Shown: positions 1-8,628, numbered from the stretch's first letter. The stretch is DNA of 24,000 nucleotides from Candidatus Pacearchaeota archaeon (GCA_016866935.1 VGKS01000007.1:9020-33019), one strand, 5' to 3'. The notes: generated by a model from the letters alone, not told the origin. Made by a program: numbers and translations.

Positions 1-279
1 CAACAAGCAGGAGCAGCAATACAAAATATGCTTCTAAGTCTGACAGATCAAGGCCTAGGAGCCTGCTGGGTAGGTTCTTTTTCAGAACATGAAATAAAAT
101 CAAAGTTCAAAATTCCAGATGAATGGAAAATAGAGGCAATAATCCCAATAGGCTACGCAAAAAATAAAATCCAAAAGAAAAATAGAAAGAACGAATTAGA
201 AACCAAGGTATTCTGGGAAAAATGGAATCAAAAAAACAGACCACTCGGATACCCTCATAAAGACCCAAGTACTAATTGA
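1..279 (+). CDS. Nitroreductase-family protein, C-terminal part (5' end is upstream of the window)
   Basis: Frame 1 is open from base 1 (QQAGAAIQN precedes the tracked Met at 28). AIQNMLLSLTDQGLGACWVGSF...IIPIGYA is the typical C-terminal core of flavin nitroreductase-fold proteins. Confidence 0.7.
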   Translation, partial: QQAGAAIQNMLLSLTDQGLGACWVGSFSEHEIKSKFKIPDEWKIEAIIPIGYAKNKIQKKNRKNELETKVFWEKWNQKNRPLGYPHKDPSTN

Positions 280-329
280 GTAAAAGTTCTAAAAAAAGTT
301 AAAAAAATAAAAATAATAAAATCTATTGC

Positions 330-1421
330 TTAACGGAATATCTCAATGCCTAAATCAGACATCTCAGACTTTCCGCCATTGCGTCCTTGATTAACAGATG
401 AGGATATTTCTTTTCCAAGTACATAAGGAGATTTAACTCCAGTCATAATAGTTATGACTCGCACTTTAGAACCGAATTCCTTGTTAATTCTCGCACCAAT
501 GATAACTTGAGCTTCACCACTTAAGTTTTCTGTGACTAAGTTTCCCACGCCAGAGAATTCTTCAAGCTTAAAGTCAGGTCCGCATGTGATGTGGATAAGA
601 GCTCCTGTAGCACCACGATAATCTACATCCAATAATGGATGTGTCAAGGCTTGCCTAACAGCCTCTTCAACTCTCATGCTACTATCAGACTCGCCTACTC
701 CAATAACTGCAACGTCACCTCCCTTCATAATTGCTGAAACGTCAGCATAGTCTAAGTTAATCAATGAAGGCAAAGTAATAGTCTCCACTATACCTTTTAT
801 CATTGTGCTTACTAGCTCGTTCGCAACTGCGAAAGCTTGTTCCATTGGCAAATTACCAGCAATATCGACAAGTCTGTTGTTATCAATAACTATTACAGTA
901 TCAACAACCTCTCTCAACTCTTGTAATCCGAATTCTGCCTTGTCAATTCTAGCCTTCTCACATTCAAAAGGCATTGTGACCACTGCAATAACTACAGCGC
1001 CAGCCTCTTTAGCAAGTTGACCAATAACTGGAGCAGATCCAGTACCCGTTCCACCACCCATACCTGCACAAATGAATACCATGTCAGCATTGCTGACTGA
1101 TTTCTTAAGTTCAGATAAAGATTCCTTAGCAGCTTCTCTTCCTTTTTGAGGCCAACCTCCGCAACCTAGACCACGAGTAATCTCTTTTCCCATCAAGATT
1201 TTCTCATCAGCCTTTGTAATGCTTAAGTGTAAAGCGTCAGTATTAGTACCGTAGATGGTAGCTCCATTAATCCCTTTGTTAAATAACCAGGTAATTGTGT
1301 TACAACCAGCACCTCCTGCACCGAAAACTTTAATGTTTGCCTTTCCAGCTCTAAGTTCATCAAAATTGATGCTATGTGTGGACGCATTTGCAATTGCTTC
1401 TTTTGCAAAATCCAAAACCAT
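330..1421 (-). CDS. ftsZ: Cell division GTPase FtsZ
   Basis: 363 aa with FGAGGAGCNTI, the tubulin signature GMGGGTGTGSAPVI, and NTDALHL. Confidence 0.95.
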   Translation of the reverse strand: MVLDFAKEAIANASTHSINFDELRAGKANIKVFGAGGAGCNTITWLFNKGINGATIYGTNTDALHLSITKADEKILMGKEITRGLGCGGWPQKGREAAKESLSELKKSVSNADMVFICAGMGGGTGTGSAPVIGQLAKEAGAVVIAVVTMPFECEKARIDKAEFGLQELREVVDTVIVIDNNRLVDIAGNLPMEQAFAVANELVSTMIKGIVETITLPSLINLDYADVSAIMKGGDVAVIGVGESDSSMRVEEAVRQALTHPLLDVDYRGATGALIHITCGPDFKLEEFSGVGNLVTENLSGEAQVIIGARINKEFGSKVRVITIMTGVKSPYVLGKEISSSVNQGRNGGKSEMSDLGIEIFR

Positions 1422-1527
1422 TTCGTTTTTTTTTCATACCTCCTTTCAAATAATTGCTTCCGAAAGTTCGCTTGAGTTTAAATAATTAAGTATACCAAAA
1501 AATTATAATTTAGTGGTTTATTAAACA

Positions 1528-2520
1528 TTATTGAGTTTCAACTTTAGCAAGACTCTTCGCAACTAAAATAGGAAAAACAATCGTCGCATCAGCAAAAACC
1601 TTCACGCTTTTTGCGTTAGGTAATATTTTTCCCCAAGAAACTGCCTCCGACGGCAAAGCCCCCGCGTCAGAACCATCAAATTCTTGACTCGTATTAATAT
1701 ACACAGCATAATCTAAACCATTTCTAAGCATATTAGCATTAAGAATAGCATGTTTGACTACTCCAGCCCCTAAAATGATAGCTCCGCTCTTCTTCAAACC
1801 TATTGTAGTATTGTTAAACCAAACAACATCTTCGGTACAGTCTATTACAAAATCAGGTCTCTTAAATTTAAAGAAATAAATGTTATCCCCAAGTGCACCA
1901 TCAAGCAATGCAGGACAATAAACAGGAATTTTATTTTTGTAAGCCCAGTAGTAAATGCTATTCTCATCTTTTACTTTCTCTCCAAGTTTCCAAATTAATT
2001 CATTTCCACTAATTGCTCTTCCAGTCTTCTTAGAGTGTTGATATAATTCTTCTAATATTGGTTGAACAAATTTCTCAAATGCAACATATCTAGAATTAGG
2101 AACAAAAATATTTCCTATTCTATTAATCCCACTATCGCGAAGTTTAGCACCATCAGCATTAAACTCTCCCAATTTAAAGCTACCAAGACATTTGATAATA
2201 TCCTCTTCAATTCCACCACAAGTTGTAACCAAAACATTAATCTTTTTGTTTTGAACGAGATAACTAATAACATCACGTAATCCTGAAGAAACCATATTAG
2301 AAGTATATCCTAAAAAGATAAAAACTTTCTCTTCAATCATCTTGTTAACAATTTCGATTGCTTTAGAAAGATGAGTAGCCTGAAACCCGCTTGTAGCAAA
2401 AGAATCAATTATATTTTTGTAATTAACTCCCAAATTAAAATCAGGTCCACGAACACTTAAACCTTCAGGCTCAGAGCTATCACGAAGTAAATTCTTGCGT
2501 GCTGTTTCTTCATTATTCAT
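1528..2520 (-). CDS. dys: Deoxyhypusine synthase
   Basis: Collinear with DHS along its length: GYTSNMVSSGLRD, VTTCGGIEEDIIKC, INRIGNIFVPN, AVYINTSQEFDGSDAGALPSEAVSWGKI. Confidence 0.9.
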   Translation of the reverse strand: MNNEETARKNLLRDSSEPEGLSVRGPDFNLGVNYKNIIDSFATSGFQATHLSKAIEIVNKMIEEKVFIFLGYTSNMVSSGLRDVISYLVQNKKINVLVTTCGGIEEDIIKCLGSFKLGEFNADGAKLRDSGINRIGNIFVPNSRYVAFEKFVQPILEELYQHSKKTGRAISGNELIWKLGEKVKDENSIYYWAYKNKIPVYCPALLDGALGDNIYFFKFKRPDFVIDCTEDVVWFNNTTIGLKKSGAIILGAGVVKHAILNANMLRNGLDYAVYINTSQEFDGSDAGALPSEAVSWGKILPNAKSVKVFADATIVFPILVAKSLAKVETQ

Positions 2521-2542
2521 TATAAAAAGTCATAAAACTCCC

Positions 2543-2550
2543 TTTTTAAG
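2543..2550 (-). promoter_or_regulatory. TATA-like box upstream of dys (sense CTTAAAAA)
   Basis: The centre is 26.5 nt upstream of the ATG at 2520. The same CTTAAAAA(G/A)G word recurs at the same distance before aspS and the 145-aa ORF. Confidence 0.4.
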
Positions 2551-2559
2551 AGTATCCAT

Positions 2560-3225
2560 TTATATCTTATCAAGAATCAAAGCATTAACTCCATTATGCC
2601 TACATAACTCAACAAATTTCTTAGCATCTTCATGTGTCCCATATAATCCTGCCCCATATCCATGAGGGATAGCAAGAGTAGAATTCAAAATCTTAGCAGT
2701 TTTAGCAGCACTAACAGAATCCATTGCAACAGTACCAGAAACTGGTAGAACTGCAACAAAATTATTTTCTTTCTTACCATAACCACTTAGACTCTTAACA
2801 TCATTAGTCAAATCTGTATCTCCTGCAAAATAAATTACATTTTTCCCAAATTTAATTAAGTATCCAAGCCACCCCTCATTTTGAGGATGATGTTTGCTAT
2901 TAGTATAAGCAGAAACACATTCTATTTTAAAATTTCTAAATTCAAGAATATCTTTCTTTTCAACTATATGCACTTCAACATTTTTTACTTTCATCATACT
3001 ACTTTGGCAATCAACTGGACAAAAGATAGTGGTTCCTTTTCTGCTAACTTTTTGAATATCTCGAATACTGCAATGATCATTATGGCTATGACTAATCAAA
3101 ACAATATCAGCCTTAGGAACTTTATCGCTTACCCTGTATGGATCAATAATAATAACTTTGCCATTTATCTTAATAAGAAATCCACTATGTCCTAAAAATT
3201 CAACCTCACTTATACCTATCTTCAT
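2560..3225 (-). CDS. Metallo-beta-lactamase-fold hydrolase (UPF0173/UlaG-like)
   Basis: Has the HSHNDH (HxHxDH) motif and FLGHSGFLI. The tracked start at 3267 overlaps gatA. The internal ATG at 3225 (MKIGISEVEFLGHSGF) has TTATAAAA centred 24.5 nt upstream. Confidence 0.8.
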   Translation of the reverse strand: MKIGISEVEFLGHSGFLIKINGKVIIIDPYRVSDKVPKADIVLISHSHNDHCSIRDIQKVSRKGTTIFCPVDCQSSMMKVKNVEVHIVEKKDILEFRNFKIECVSAYTNSKHHPQNEGWLGYLIKFGKNVIYFAGDTDLTNDVKSLSGYGKKENNFVAVLPVSGTVAMDSVSAAKTAKILNSTLAIPHGYGAGLYGTHEDAKKFVELCRHNGVNALILDKI

Positions 3226-3256
3226 AAAGACTAAAGTCAAATGGCTTTTATAATGA

Positions 3257-4561
3257 TTATTGAACAATTTTCTCTATTTCTTTAGCAATACTAATCATCT
3301 TACTTTCATGCCCTTTAGAACAAACTACTTGCATTCCAACAGGTTTGCCATCAATCTTCCCAATAGGGATAGAGATAGCACATATTTCAGCTAAATTTCC
3401 AGGAATAGTTAGTGCGTCAATAGCATACAACTTTTCAAGACTAACTTTTGTACCAAATTTCCAAGGTAAAAAAGGAGTAGTAGGCATTACAATAAAGTCA
3501 ACCTCGCCTAACACTCTTTCAAACTCTTTTTTAATTAATTCTTTTACTACAAGAGCTTTATGATAATATTGTCCTTCAAATTCAGCTTTAGATATTTCAC
3601 TTCCTCCAGCCAATCTGCGTAAAACCTCTTCTCCTGCAGAGTCTTCAATTTTCTTTCCAAATCTCCTACCATCCATTCTCCTAGTAGCTGAAAAGAATTC
3701 CGTCCATACAATAGGATGATAAGTCTGTATGGCAAGATCTATATTCTTAATATTAATTTTCTTTTCAGACCATTTTAATTTATCACTTGCCTTAGCAAGA
3801 ATTGTAGCAATCATATCAATTATTCTAATATCAACTTGAGGAACACTAACTAAACCAAAACTCATCCTATTAGTCTTTTCATTTTTTATTGGTTTTGACT
3901 CAAAAGTTGTTGTATCCCTATCATCTTTTCCCTTAATTACATCTAAGACTAAAGAAGCGTCTGAAACATTTTTAGCAATTGGGCCAATTTGATCCAAGGA
4001 CATAGATAAGTCAATTAAACCATATCTAGAAACAAAACCATAGCTAGGTTTTACTCCAACAACTCCGCAAAATGAAGCCGGTACTCGTATACTTCCTCCG
4101 GTATCACTTCCTAAACTAATATCACAAAATCCTGCAGCAACAGATGCAGCGCTTCCGCTACTTGATCCTCCAGAAATATGTCCTGGCAAGGAAGGATTAT
4201 CAGTTCTCCCAAATACAGAAGTCTCTCCAGTCCAACCACAAGCAAATTCATCACAATTAAGCATCCCAATTATCAAACCATCTTCTGCCTTAATTCTAGA
4301 AATAACAGTAGCATCATAAGGAGCTTGATAGTCCTCAAGAGTTTTAGAAGCACAAGATGCATGTAAGCCCTTGACGCAAATATTGCTTTTCACGCCAATT
4401 ACATAACCATAAAGTCGTCCTTTCTTTTCCTTAGAATCAAGAAGTTTAGCTTCAGCAATTAGTTCTTTTTCATTTCTAACTTCTAAAAAAGCATTAATAA
4501 TTTTATTATATTTTTTAATAGAATTCAAATAAGCCTTAACTTTGTCTTCAACTAATCCCAT
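3257..4561 (-). CDS. gatA: Glutamyl/aspartyl-tRNA amidotransferase subunit A (amidase-signature family)
   Basis: Motifs YDATV, NCDEFACG, GGSSSGSAASVAAG, LGSDTGGSIRVPASFCGVVGVKPSYG and SLDQIGP are present. The first 28 tracked codons are hydrophobic filler, so I place the start at MGLVEDKV (ATG 4561), which has a TATA-like box 25.5 nt upstream. Confidence 0.85.
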   Translation of the reverse strand: MGLVEDKVKAYLNSIKKYNKIINAFLEVRNEKELIAEAKLLDSKEKKGRLYGYVIGVKSNICVKGLHASCASKTLEDYQAPYDATVISRIKAEDGLIIGMLNCDEFACGWTGETSVFGRTDNPSLPGHISGGSSSGSAASVAAGFCDISLGSDTGGSIRVPASFCGVVGVKPSYGFVSRYGLIDLSMSLDQIGPIAKNVSDASLVLDVIKGKDDRDTTTFESKPIKNEKTNRMSFGLVSVPQVDIRIIDMIATILAKASDKLKWSEKKINIKNIDLAIQTYHPIVWTEFFSATRRMDGRRFGKKIEDSAGEEVLRRLAGGSEISKAEFEGQYYHKALVVKELIKKEFERVLGEVDFIVMPTTPFLPWKFGTKVSLEKLYAIDALTIPGNLAEICAISIPIGKIDGKPVGMQVVCSKGHESKMISIAKEIEKIVQ

Positions 4562-4587
4562 AAGTAAACTTAAAAATGAAGCGTTAA

Positions 4588-4758
4588 ATACCTTATTATA
4601 ATGAAAATTGTTCAAAATCAGAAGTAGAAAGTGAAATAAACTCATTCCTAAATGAAATAAAAGCAGGAAAAATCTTCATCTATCCCACAGACACAATATA
4701 TGGCATTGGATGCAACGCAAAAGACGAGAAAGCAGTCAAGAAAATAAGAGACTCATAA
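4588..4758 (+). pseudogene. Relic of the N-terminus of Sua5/YrdC/TsaC (threonylcarbamoyl-AMP synthase)
   Basis: A frame-1 open stretch of 56 codons with no ATG/GTG/TTG reads ...[41 protein letters not shown]. This matches the YrdC-domain start (xxYPT[DE]TxYGxGxxAxxxxAVxKI) and stops just before the K-x-R-P motif. The rest of the domain is absent. Confidence 0.6.
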
Positions 4759-4767
4759 AATCTAAAA

Positions 4768-5346
4768 ATGAACTTTATATTTAAGTTCATGCAAATGCGA
4801 TGTCCTTGGGTAAATGATAATCCTTTAATGATAAAATACCATGATGAAGAATGGGGCACTCCTCTTAAAGACGACAATAAGCTCTTTGAGTATCTCGTCC
4901 TTGATGCATTTCAAGCAGGCCTAAGCTGGAACACAATAATAAACAAAAGGGAAAATTTCAAAAGGGCATTTGACAATTTTAACGCAGAAAAAATATCAAA
5001 ATACACAGATAAAGATAGACAAAGATTAATGCAAGACGCAGGAATTATTAGAAATAAACTAAAAATAGAATCCACAATAATAAACGCAAAACAATTCCTA
5101 AAACTAAAAAAAGAAATACCTTTCCATGAATATATTTGGTCATTTGTAAATCATAAACCTATAAAAAACAAAATAAAAATAATAAAAGACTATCAAGCAT
5201 CAAGTAAAGAGTCAGATGCAATGAGTAAAGCCCTTAAAGAAAAGGGCTTCAAATTTGTAGGCACAACAATATGTTATGCATTTATGCAAGCCTCAGGCCT
5301 AGTCAATGACCATTCCGTTGACTGCTTTAGAAATAATTCGGATTAA
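4768..5346 (+). CDS. tag: DNA-3-methyladenine glycosylase I
   Basis: MRCPWVNDNPLMIKYHDEEWGTP and FQAGLSWNTIINKRENFKRAF match the Tag family. The true start is probably the ATG at 4789 or 4795 (MQMRCPW / MRCPW) rather than 4768. Confidence 0.9.
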   Translation: MNFIFKFMQMRCPWVNDNPLMIKYHDEEWGTPLKDDNKLFEYLVLDAFQAGLSWNTIINKRENFKRAFDNFNAEKISKYTDKDRQRLMQDAGIIRNKLKIESTIINAKQFLKLKKEIPFHEYIWSFVNHKPIKNKIKIIKDYQASSKESDAMSKALKEKGFKFVGTTICYAFMQASGLVNDHSVDCFRNNSD

Positions 5347-5616
5347 TTACCACTCAATCTTCTCTATATCCACTTCGTCATAAACTATCTCTTTCAACTC
5401 ATAGAACCTCAAAGTTTCCTTGATTTGATCATTAAAATATCTTATTTGATAATCTTTATCTGTCTTAGGATCAAATAACTCAATTAACATCTCCTTTGTT
5501 GTCTTATAATCCTCAAAAACATAATGGGCATCAATTTCAAGCTTCTTGCCATTCACAGTAATAAAATCGCCTTTCTTTAGATTTGCAATAGGCTTTGACT
5601 GTTTTACAATATTCAT
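5347..5616 (-). CDS. Hypothetical small protein (89 aa from ATG 5616; the tracked start at 5628 is TTG)
   Basis: The ORF is not shadowed by another gene. A TATA-like TTTAAAAATA box is centred about 24.5 nt upstream of ATG 5616. I recognise no family. Confidence 0.5.
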   Translation of the reverse strand: MNIVKQSKPIANLKKGDFITVNGKKLEIDAHYVFEDYKTTKEMLIELFDPKTDKDYQIRYFNDQIKETLRFYELKEIVYDEVDIEKIEW

Positions 5617-5640
5617 ATTTATAGACAATAAATCTTATTT

Positions 5641-6399
5641 TTAAAGCTTACCAACAATATGTGGCTTACACATTGCATATCCGTTATCTTCTGGTTTATA
5701 ATCTATCAATCTTTTAGTCTCCTCAATATCCATATAATTATTCTTATTATTAGAACTTCCAGCCAAAATAGCAAACTTCAAATCGTCTGGAGCAACTATC
5801 GCCTTGTAAACAAGCTGAGCAAAATCTCTCTGAGAAAGGATATAATCAAAATTGCTACGTGCAGGACATGCAACTTTCAAAGCTTCATCTGAAATATAAG
5901 CACCTATGCGAATAGCAAAACAACTCAAATATTGAGAATAAACATGACACATGGACTCTATGAAAGCCTTTGTTGCACCGTAATAATTCAGAGGTTTTGG
6001 AGAATCATTCATTCCAACATTACTCCCAAAAGGATATCCTCTGATAGAATGTATACTGCTAGCCATAATAACGCGTTTTATATCAGCACGCCTAGATGCC
6101 TCAAACACATTGTAAGTCGCAATTATATTTGGTTCAATCAAATCATTAAAATTAGAAGTCTTTTCATCGGAGTTTCCAGCCAAATTGACAACAACGTCAA
6201 ATCCTTTGAAAGTTTCAACTAAACTATTCAAATCACTTAAATCAATTTTAACTGTTTTATATCCCTCCAAGAGAGTCTTATTAATTCCAACAGTCAAATC
6301 ATAAAGCCCAGAATACTTTTTTGAATATTCCTCAAGAAAACTAGGGCCAATACTATTCAATCTTTTACCAGTCAAACCAGTAATCAAAACCTTTCTCAT
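5641..6399 (-). CDS. NAD-dependent epimerase/dehydratase (extended SDR) family protein
   Basis: The Rossmann-type N-terminus MRKVLITGLTGKRLNSIG has a degenerate Gly motif. The catalytic YYGATK (YxxxK) is present. The tracked start at 6426 overlaps the peroxiredoxin gene, so I prefer ATG 6399. Confidence 0.7.
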   Translation of the reverse strand: MRKVLITGLTGKRLNSIGPSFLEEYSKKYSGLYDLTVGINKTLLEGYKTVKIDLSDLNSLVETFKGFDVVVNLAGNSDEKTSNFNDLIEPNIIATYNVFEASRRADIKRVIMASSIHSIRGYPFGSNVGMNDSPKPLNYYGATKAFIESMCHVYSQYLSCFAIRIGAYISDEALKVACPARSNFDYILSQRDFAQLVYKAIVAPDDLKFAILAGSSNNKNNYMDIEETKRLIDYKPEDNGYAMCKPHIVGKL

Positions 6400-6403
6400 A
6401 AAG

Positions 6404-7009
6404 TTATATCTTTCCAACCAACCCAATTCCAGGTCTCAAAGTTTTACTTCCAACTTCCCACTCAACAGGACAAACTTCTCCGCCATGTTGCCTAACATAA
6501 TTTGCAGCCTGTAACTTACGTAAAACTTCCTTAACACTTCTACCAATAGAGTTGTCATGAATATCTGCGCTTCTTATAATTCCATCAGGGTCAATTATAA
6601 AAGTAGCTCTTAAAGAACGACCTTCATCTACTCCTGAATCAATGTAAACCCCATATAATTTTGAAATCTTTCCAGAGTTATCTGCAAGCATAGGATATCT
6701 TATTTTCTTAATTGAAGCAGACTGATCAGCCCAAGCTTTGTGAACATGCTCGCTATCTGTACTTACACTCAAAACCTCGGCATTCACTTTCTTAAAATCA
6801 GCATACATATCCGCAAATCTTGACAATTCAGTAGGACAAACAAAAGTAAAGTCTCCAGGATAAAATGCCAAAATAACCCACTTACCTTTCAAAGTACTTA
6901 ATTTGATATCTTTAAACTTATTTTCATGATAAGCATGGGCAGTAAAATCAGGAGCTTTTCTACCTACAAGAGTCCCAGAGTTCATAGAGCTAGTTTGTTG
7001 ATGTTGCAT
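6404..7009 (-). CDS. Typical 2-Cys peroxiredoxin (AhpC/Prx1 type)
   Basis: Has the peroxidatic FTFVCPTE and the resolving GGEVCPVEW. The start is moved to MQHQQ (ATG 7009) to remove the overlap with the upstream ORF, and an A/T box lies 25.5 nt upstream. Confidence 0.9.
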   Translation of the reverse strand: MQHQQTSSMNSGTLVGRKAPDFTAHAYHENKFKDIKLSTLKGKWVILAFYPGDFTFVCPTELSRFADMYADFKKVNAEVLSVSTDSEHVHKAWADQSASIKKIRYPMLADNSGKISKLYGVYIDSGVDEGRSLRATFIIDPDGIIRSADIHDNSIGRSVKEVLRKLQAANYVRQHGGEVCPVEWEVGSKTLRPGIGLVGKI

Positions 7010-7014
7010 TTTAA

Positions 7015-7233
7015 TTACCATGAAGCCTTTTCTAAAATCAGGCACTCATCATTCTTACGCTTGGCGTTTTTAAACATTATTGTCCTAAATTCAATATCAC
7101 ACCCTTTGCCTTCTTTTTCCTTCCTTAATTCTCCTCCTTCTTTAATAGATTTAGAAATTTTAACACCTTTCAAATCCTGTCCAAACTTATCAAGAATTTG
7201 CCTAGCTTCAGATTTAGCTTTTTCGTTTTCCAT
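7015..7233 (-). CDS. gatC: Short GatC-like protein (putative amidotransferase subunit C)
   Basis: 72 aa. The C-terminal LRKEKEGKGCDIEFRTIMFKNAKRKNDECLILEK parallels the bacterial GatC tail (MREDEAGKG....MKNAPDHKDGYIRVP). The ATG directly abuts the aspS stop codon. Confidence 0.5.
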   Translation of the reverse strand: MENEKAKSEARQILDKFGQDLKGVKISKSIKEGGELRKEKEGKGCDIEFRTIMFKNAKRKNDECLILEKASW

Positions 7234-8628
7234 TTACTTTTTCTTTTTAGTTTCCTTTATATCTAATTTAATATGTGCCTCTTCAAGCTGCTTTTTACCA
7301 AGTTCACTAGGGGCATCAAGCATTACATCTCTTGCATCTGAGTTCTTTGGAAAGGCTATAACCTCTCTAATTGAAGGAGCTCCAATCAATATTTGTATAA
7401 ATCTATCCAGTCCAATGGCAAAACCACCATGTGGAGGAGCTCCATAGGAGAAAGCGTTGAGCAAAAATCCAAACTTCTCCTCCGCCTCTTTCTTTGAGAT
7501 GCCGAGAACTTCAAAAATCTTCATTTGTAACTCAGGATTATGTACTCTAATGCTCCCGCTAAGCAATTCAGTCCCATTTAGAACTAAGTCGTAAGTCTTT
7601 CCCTTAACCTTAGTCGGATCTTTTTCAAAAAGTTTCAAATCATTAGGCATGCAAAATGGATGATGTGCAGCAACATACTTCTTCTCCTCTTCAGAATATT
7701 CAAATAGCGGAAAATCAACAACCCAGCTAAAGACAAATTCTTCCTTTGTTTCTTTTCTTAAGTCGGGTTTGTCAGAATTATATCTTTTCATTGCATCAGC
7801 ATAGGTTATTCTTCTAAATGGAGTATGCAAATCTTTATTCAAGATTTTCTTGAACAGATGTTTCATTAATTTCTCAACAACAATAAATACATCTTCCTGG
7901 TCAACAAAAGACATTTCAACATCAAGTTGAGTAAATTCTGGTTGCCTGTCAGCCCTTAGGTCTTCGTCTCTCATGCATCTGGCAATCTGAAAATATTTTT
8001 CCATTCCAGCAACCATAAACAATTGTTTGAATAATTGAGGAGATTGAGGTAAGGCATAGAATTTTCCAGGATGAACGCGTGAAGGAACAACGTAGTCGCG
8101 TGCCCCCTCTGGAGTGGATTTAGCTAAAAATGGAGTTTCAAATTCAGTGAATCCTTCTTCATAAAAGAAATCTCTGATTGATTTCATTATTTTTCCTCTC
8201 AAAACAAGGTTTCTCTGCATTATAGGTCTCCTCAAATCAAGATAACGATATTTCAGTCTAGTTTCTTCTCCAACTTCAGAATTGTCAAATTCAAAAGGTA
8301 ATGGAAGACATAAGTTGTAAATATCAAGATGAGTAACACTCATTTCAATAGTTCCAGTAGGAATCTTATCATTAATTGTATTTTTAGGACGCATAGCAAT
8401 ATTTCCAACCAGTCCTATAGGAGACTCTCTCGTCAATTCTTTCGCTTTTTCAAACAGCTCTTTGTTTTTAGCAGAGACAACACATTGAAGTATTCCACTT
8501 ATATCTCTAATATCAAAGAAAATCAATTTTCCATGTTCACGAATAGTATCGACCCATCCTTGCACATGCATTGTGCTACCAACAGACTTCTCATTTAGAG
8601 TAGAAACATGAATTCTTTTGTGTTCCAT
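7234..8628 (-). CDS. aspS: Aspartyl-tRNA synthetase, bacterial type, lacking the GAD insertion domain
   Basis: RLKYRYLDLRRP, STPEGARDYVVPSR, FYALPQSPQLFKQ, RDEDLRADRQPEFTQLDVEMSF and GLDRF are present. Only about 9 residues separate SDKPDLR from FSWVVDFPLFE. Confidence 0.95.
   Translation of the reverse strand: MEHKRIHVSTLNEKSVGSTMHVQGWVDTIREHGKLIFFDIRDISGILQCVVSAKNKELFEKAKELTRESPIGLVGNIAMRPKNTINDKIPTGTIEMSVTHLDIYNLCLPLPFEFDNSEVGEETRLKYRYLDLRRPIMQRNLVLRGKIMKSIRDFFYEEGFTEFETPFLAKSTPEGARDYVVPSRVHPGKFYALPQSPQLFKQLFMVAGMEKYFQIARCMRDEDLRADRQPEFTQLDVEMSFVDQEDVFIVVEKLMKHLFKKILNKDLHTPFRRITYADAMKRYNSDKPDLRKETKEEFVFSWVVDFPLFEYSEEEKKYVAAHHPFCMPNDLKLFEKDPTKVKGKTYDLVLNGTELLSGSIRVHNPELQMKIFEVLGISKKEAEEKFGFLLNAFSYGAPPHGGFAIGLDRFIQILIGAPSIREVIAFPKNSDARDVMLDAPSELGKKQLEEAHIKLDIKETKKKK

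Noticed and set aside
1422-1445. A Shine-Dalgarno-like GGAGGT followed directly by ATG and an A9 homopolymer just upstream of ftsZ. This could indicate a slippery-tract frameshift, a phase-variable start, or a 21-codon uORF.
   Set aside because: The GGAGGT touches the upstream ATG (no spacer) and lies 16 nt from the ftsZ ATG. The upstream ATG is out of frame, and FtsZ looks complete from MVLDFAKEA. There is no evidence in a single sequence for tract-length variation. I kept it only as a note.
3257-4645. N-terminal extensions in the track for gatA (28 aa), MBL hydrolase (14 aa), peroxiredoxin (12 aa), epimerase (9 aa), the NTase-like ORF (5 aa, TTG), the propeller protein (3 aa, GTG) and the 93-aa ORF (4 aa, TTG). 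These could be read as real overlapping genes or signal peptides.
   Set aside because: The extensions overlap upstream genes or promoter boxes and have no homology to the respective families. Internal ATGs align with family N-termini and with the -25 A/T box.
4680-4877. A 65-aa minus-strand ORF spanning the gatA-tag spacer.
   Set aside because: It is antisense to the sua5-like relic and to the 5' end of tag. Its translation is hydrophobic filler with no motif. The plus-strand reading explains the region better.
5347-5628. The 89/93-aa ORF superficially resembles the N-terminal SH3/KOW barrel of aIF5A/EF-P (LKKGDFITVNGKKLEID...), which is tempting given dys in the same window.
   Set aside because: It lacks the (S/T)KTGKHGxAK hypusine loop and the C-terminal OB domain. 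The resemblance rests on a few residues only, so I left it as hypothetical.
6926-7447. A 173-aa plus-strand ORF, plus the other antisense ORFs in the track (805..1020, 1255..1485, 2062..2280, 2881..3195, 3345..3563, 4178..4366, 5659..5892, 5932..6222, 8329..8598, 8828..9043, 9285..9534, 12923..13117, 17799..18305, 19794..19988, 21430..21612, 22082..22291).
   Set aside because: All lie inside strongly supported genes on the opposite strand. Their translations are low-complexity (S/L/F/I/N-rich) with no recognisable motifs. They are typical shadow ORFs of AT-rich coding DNA.
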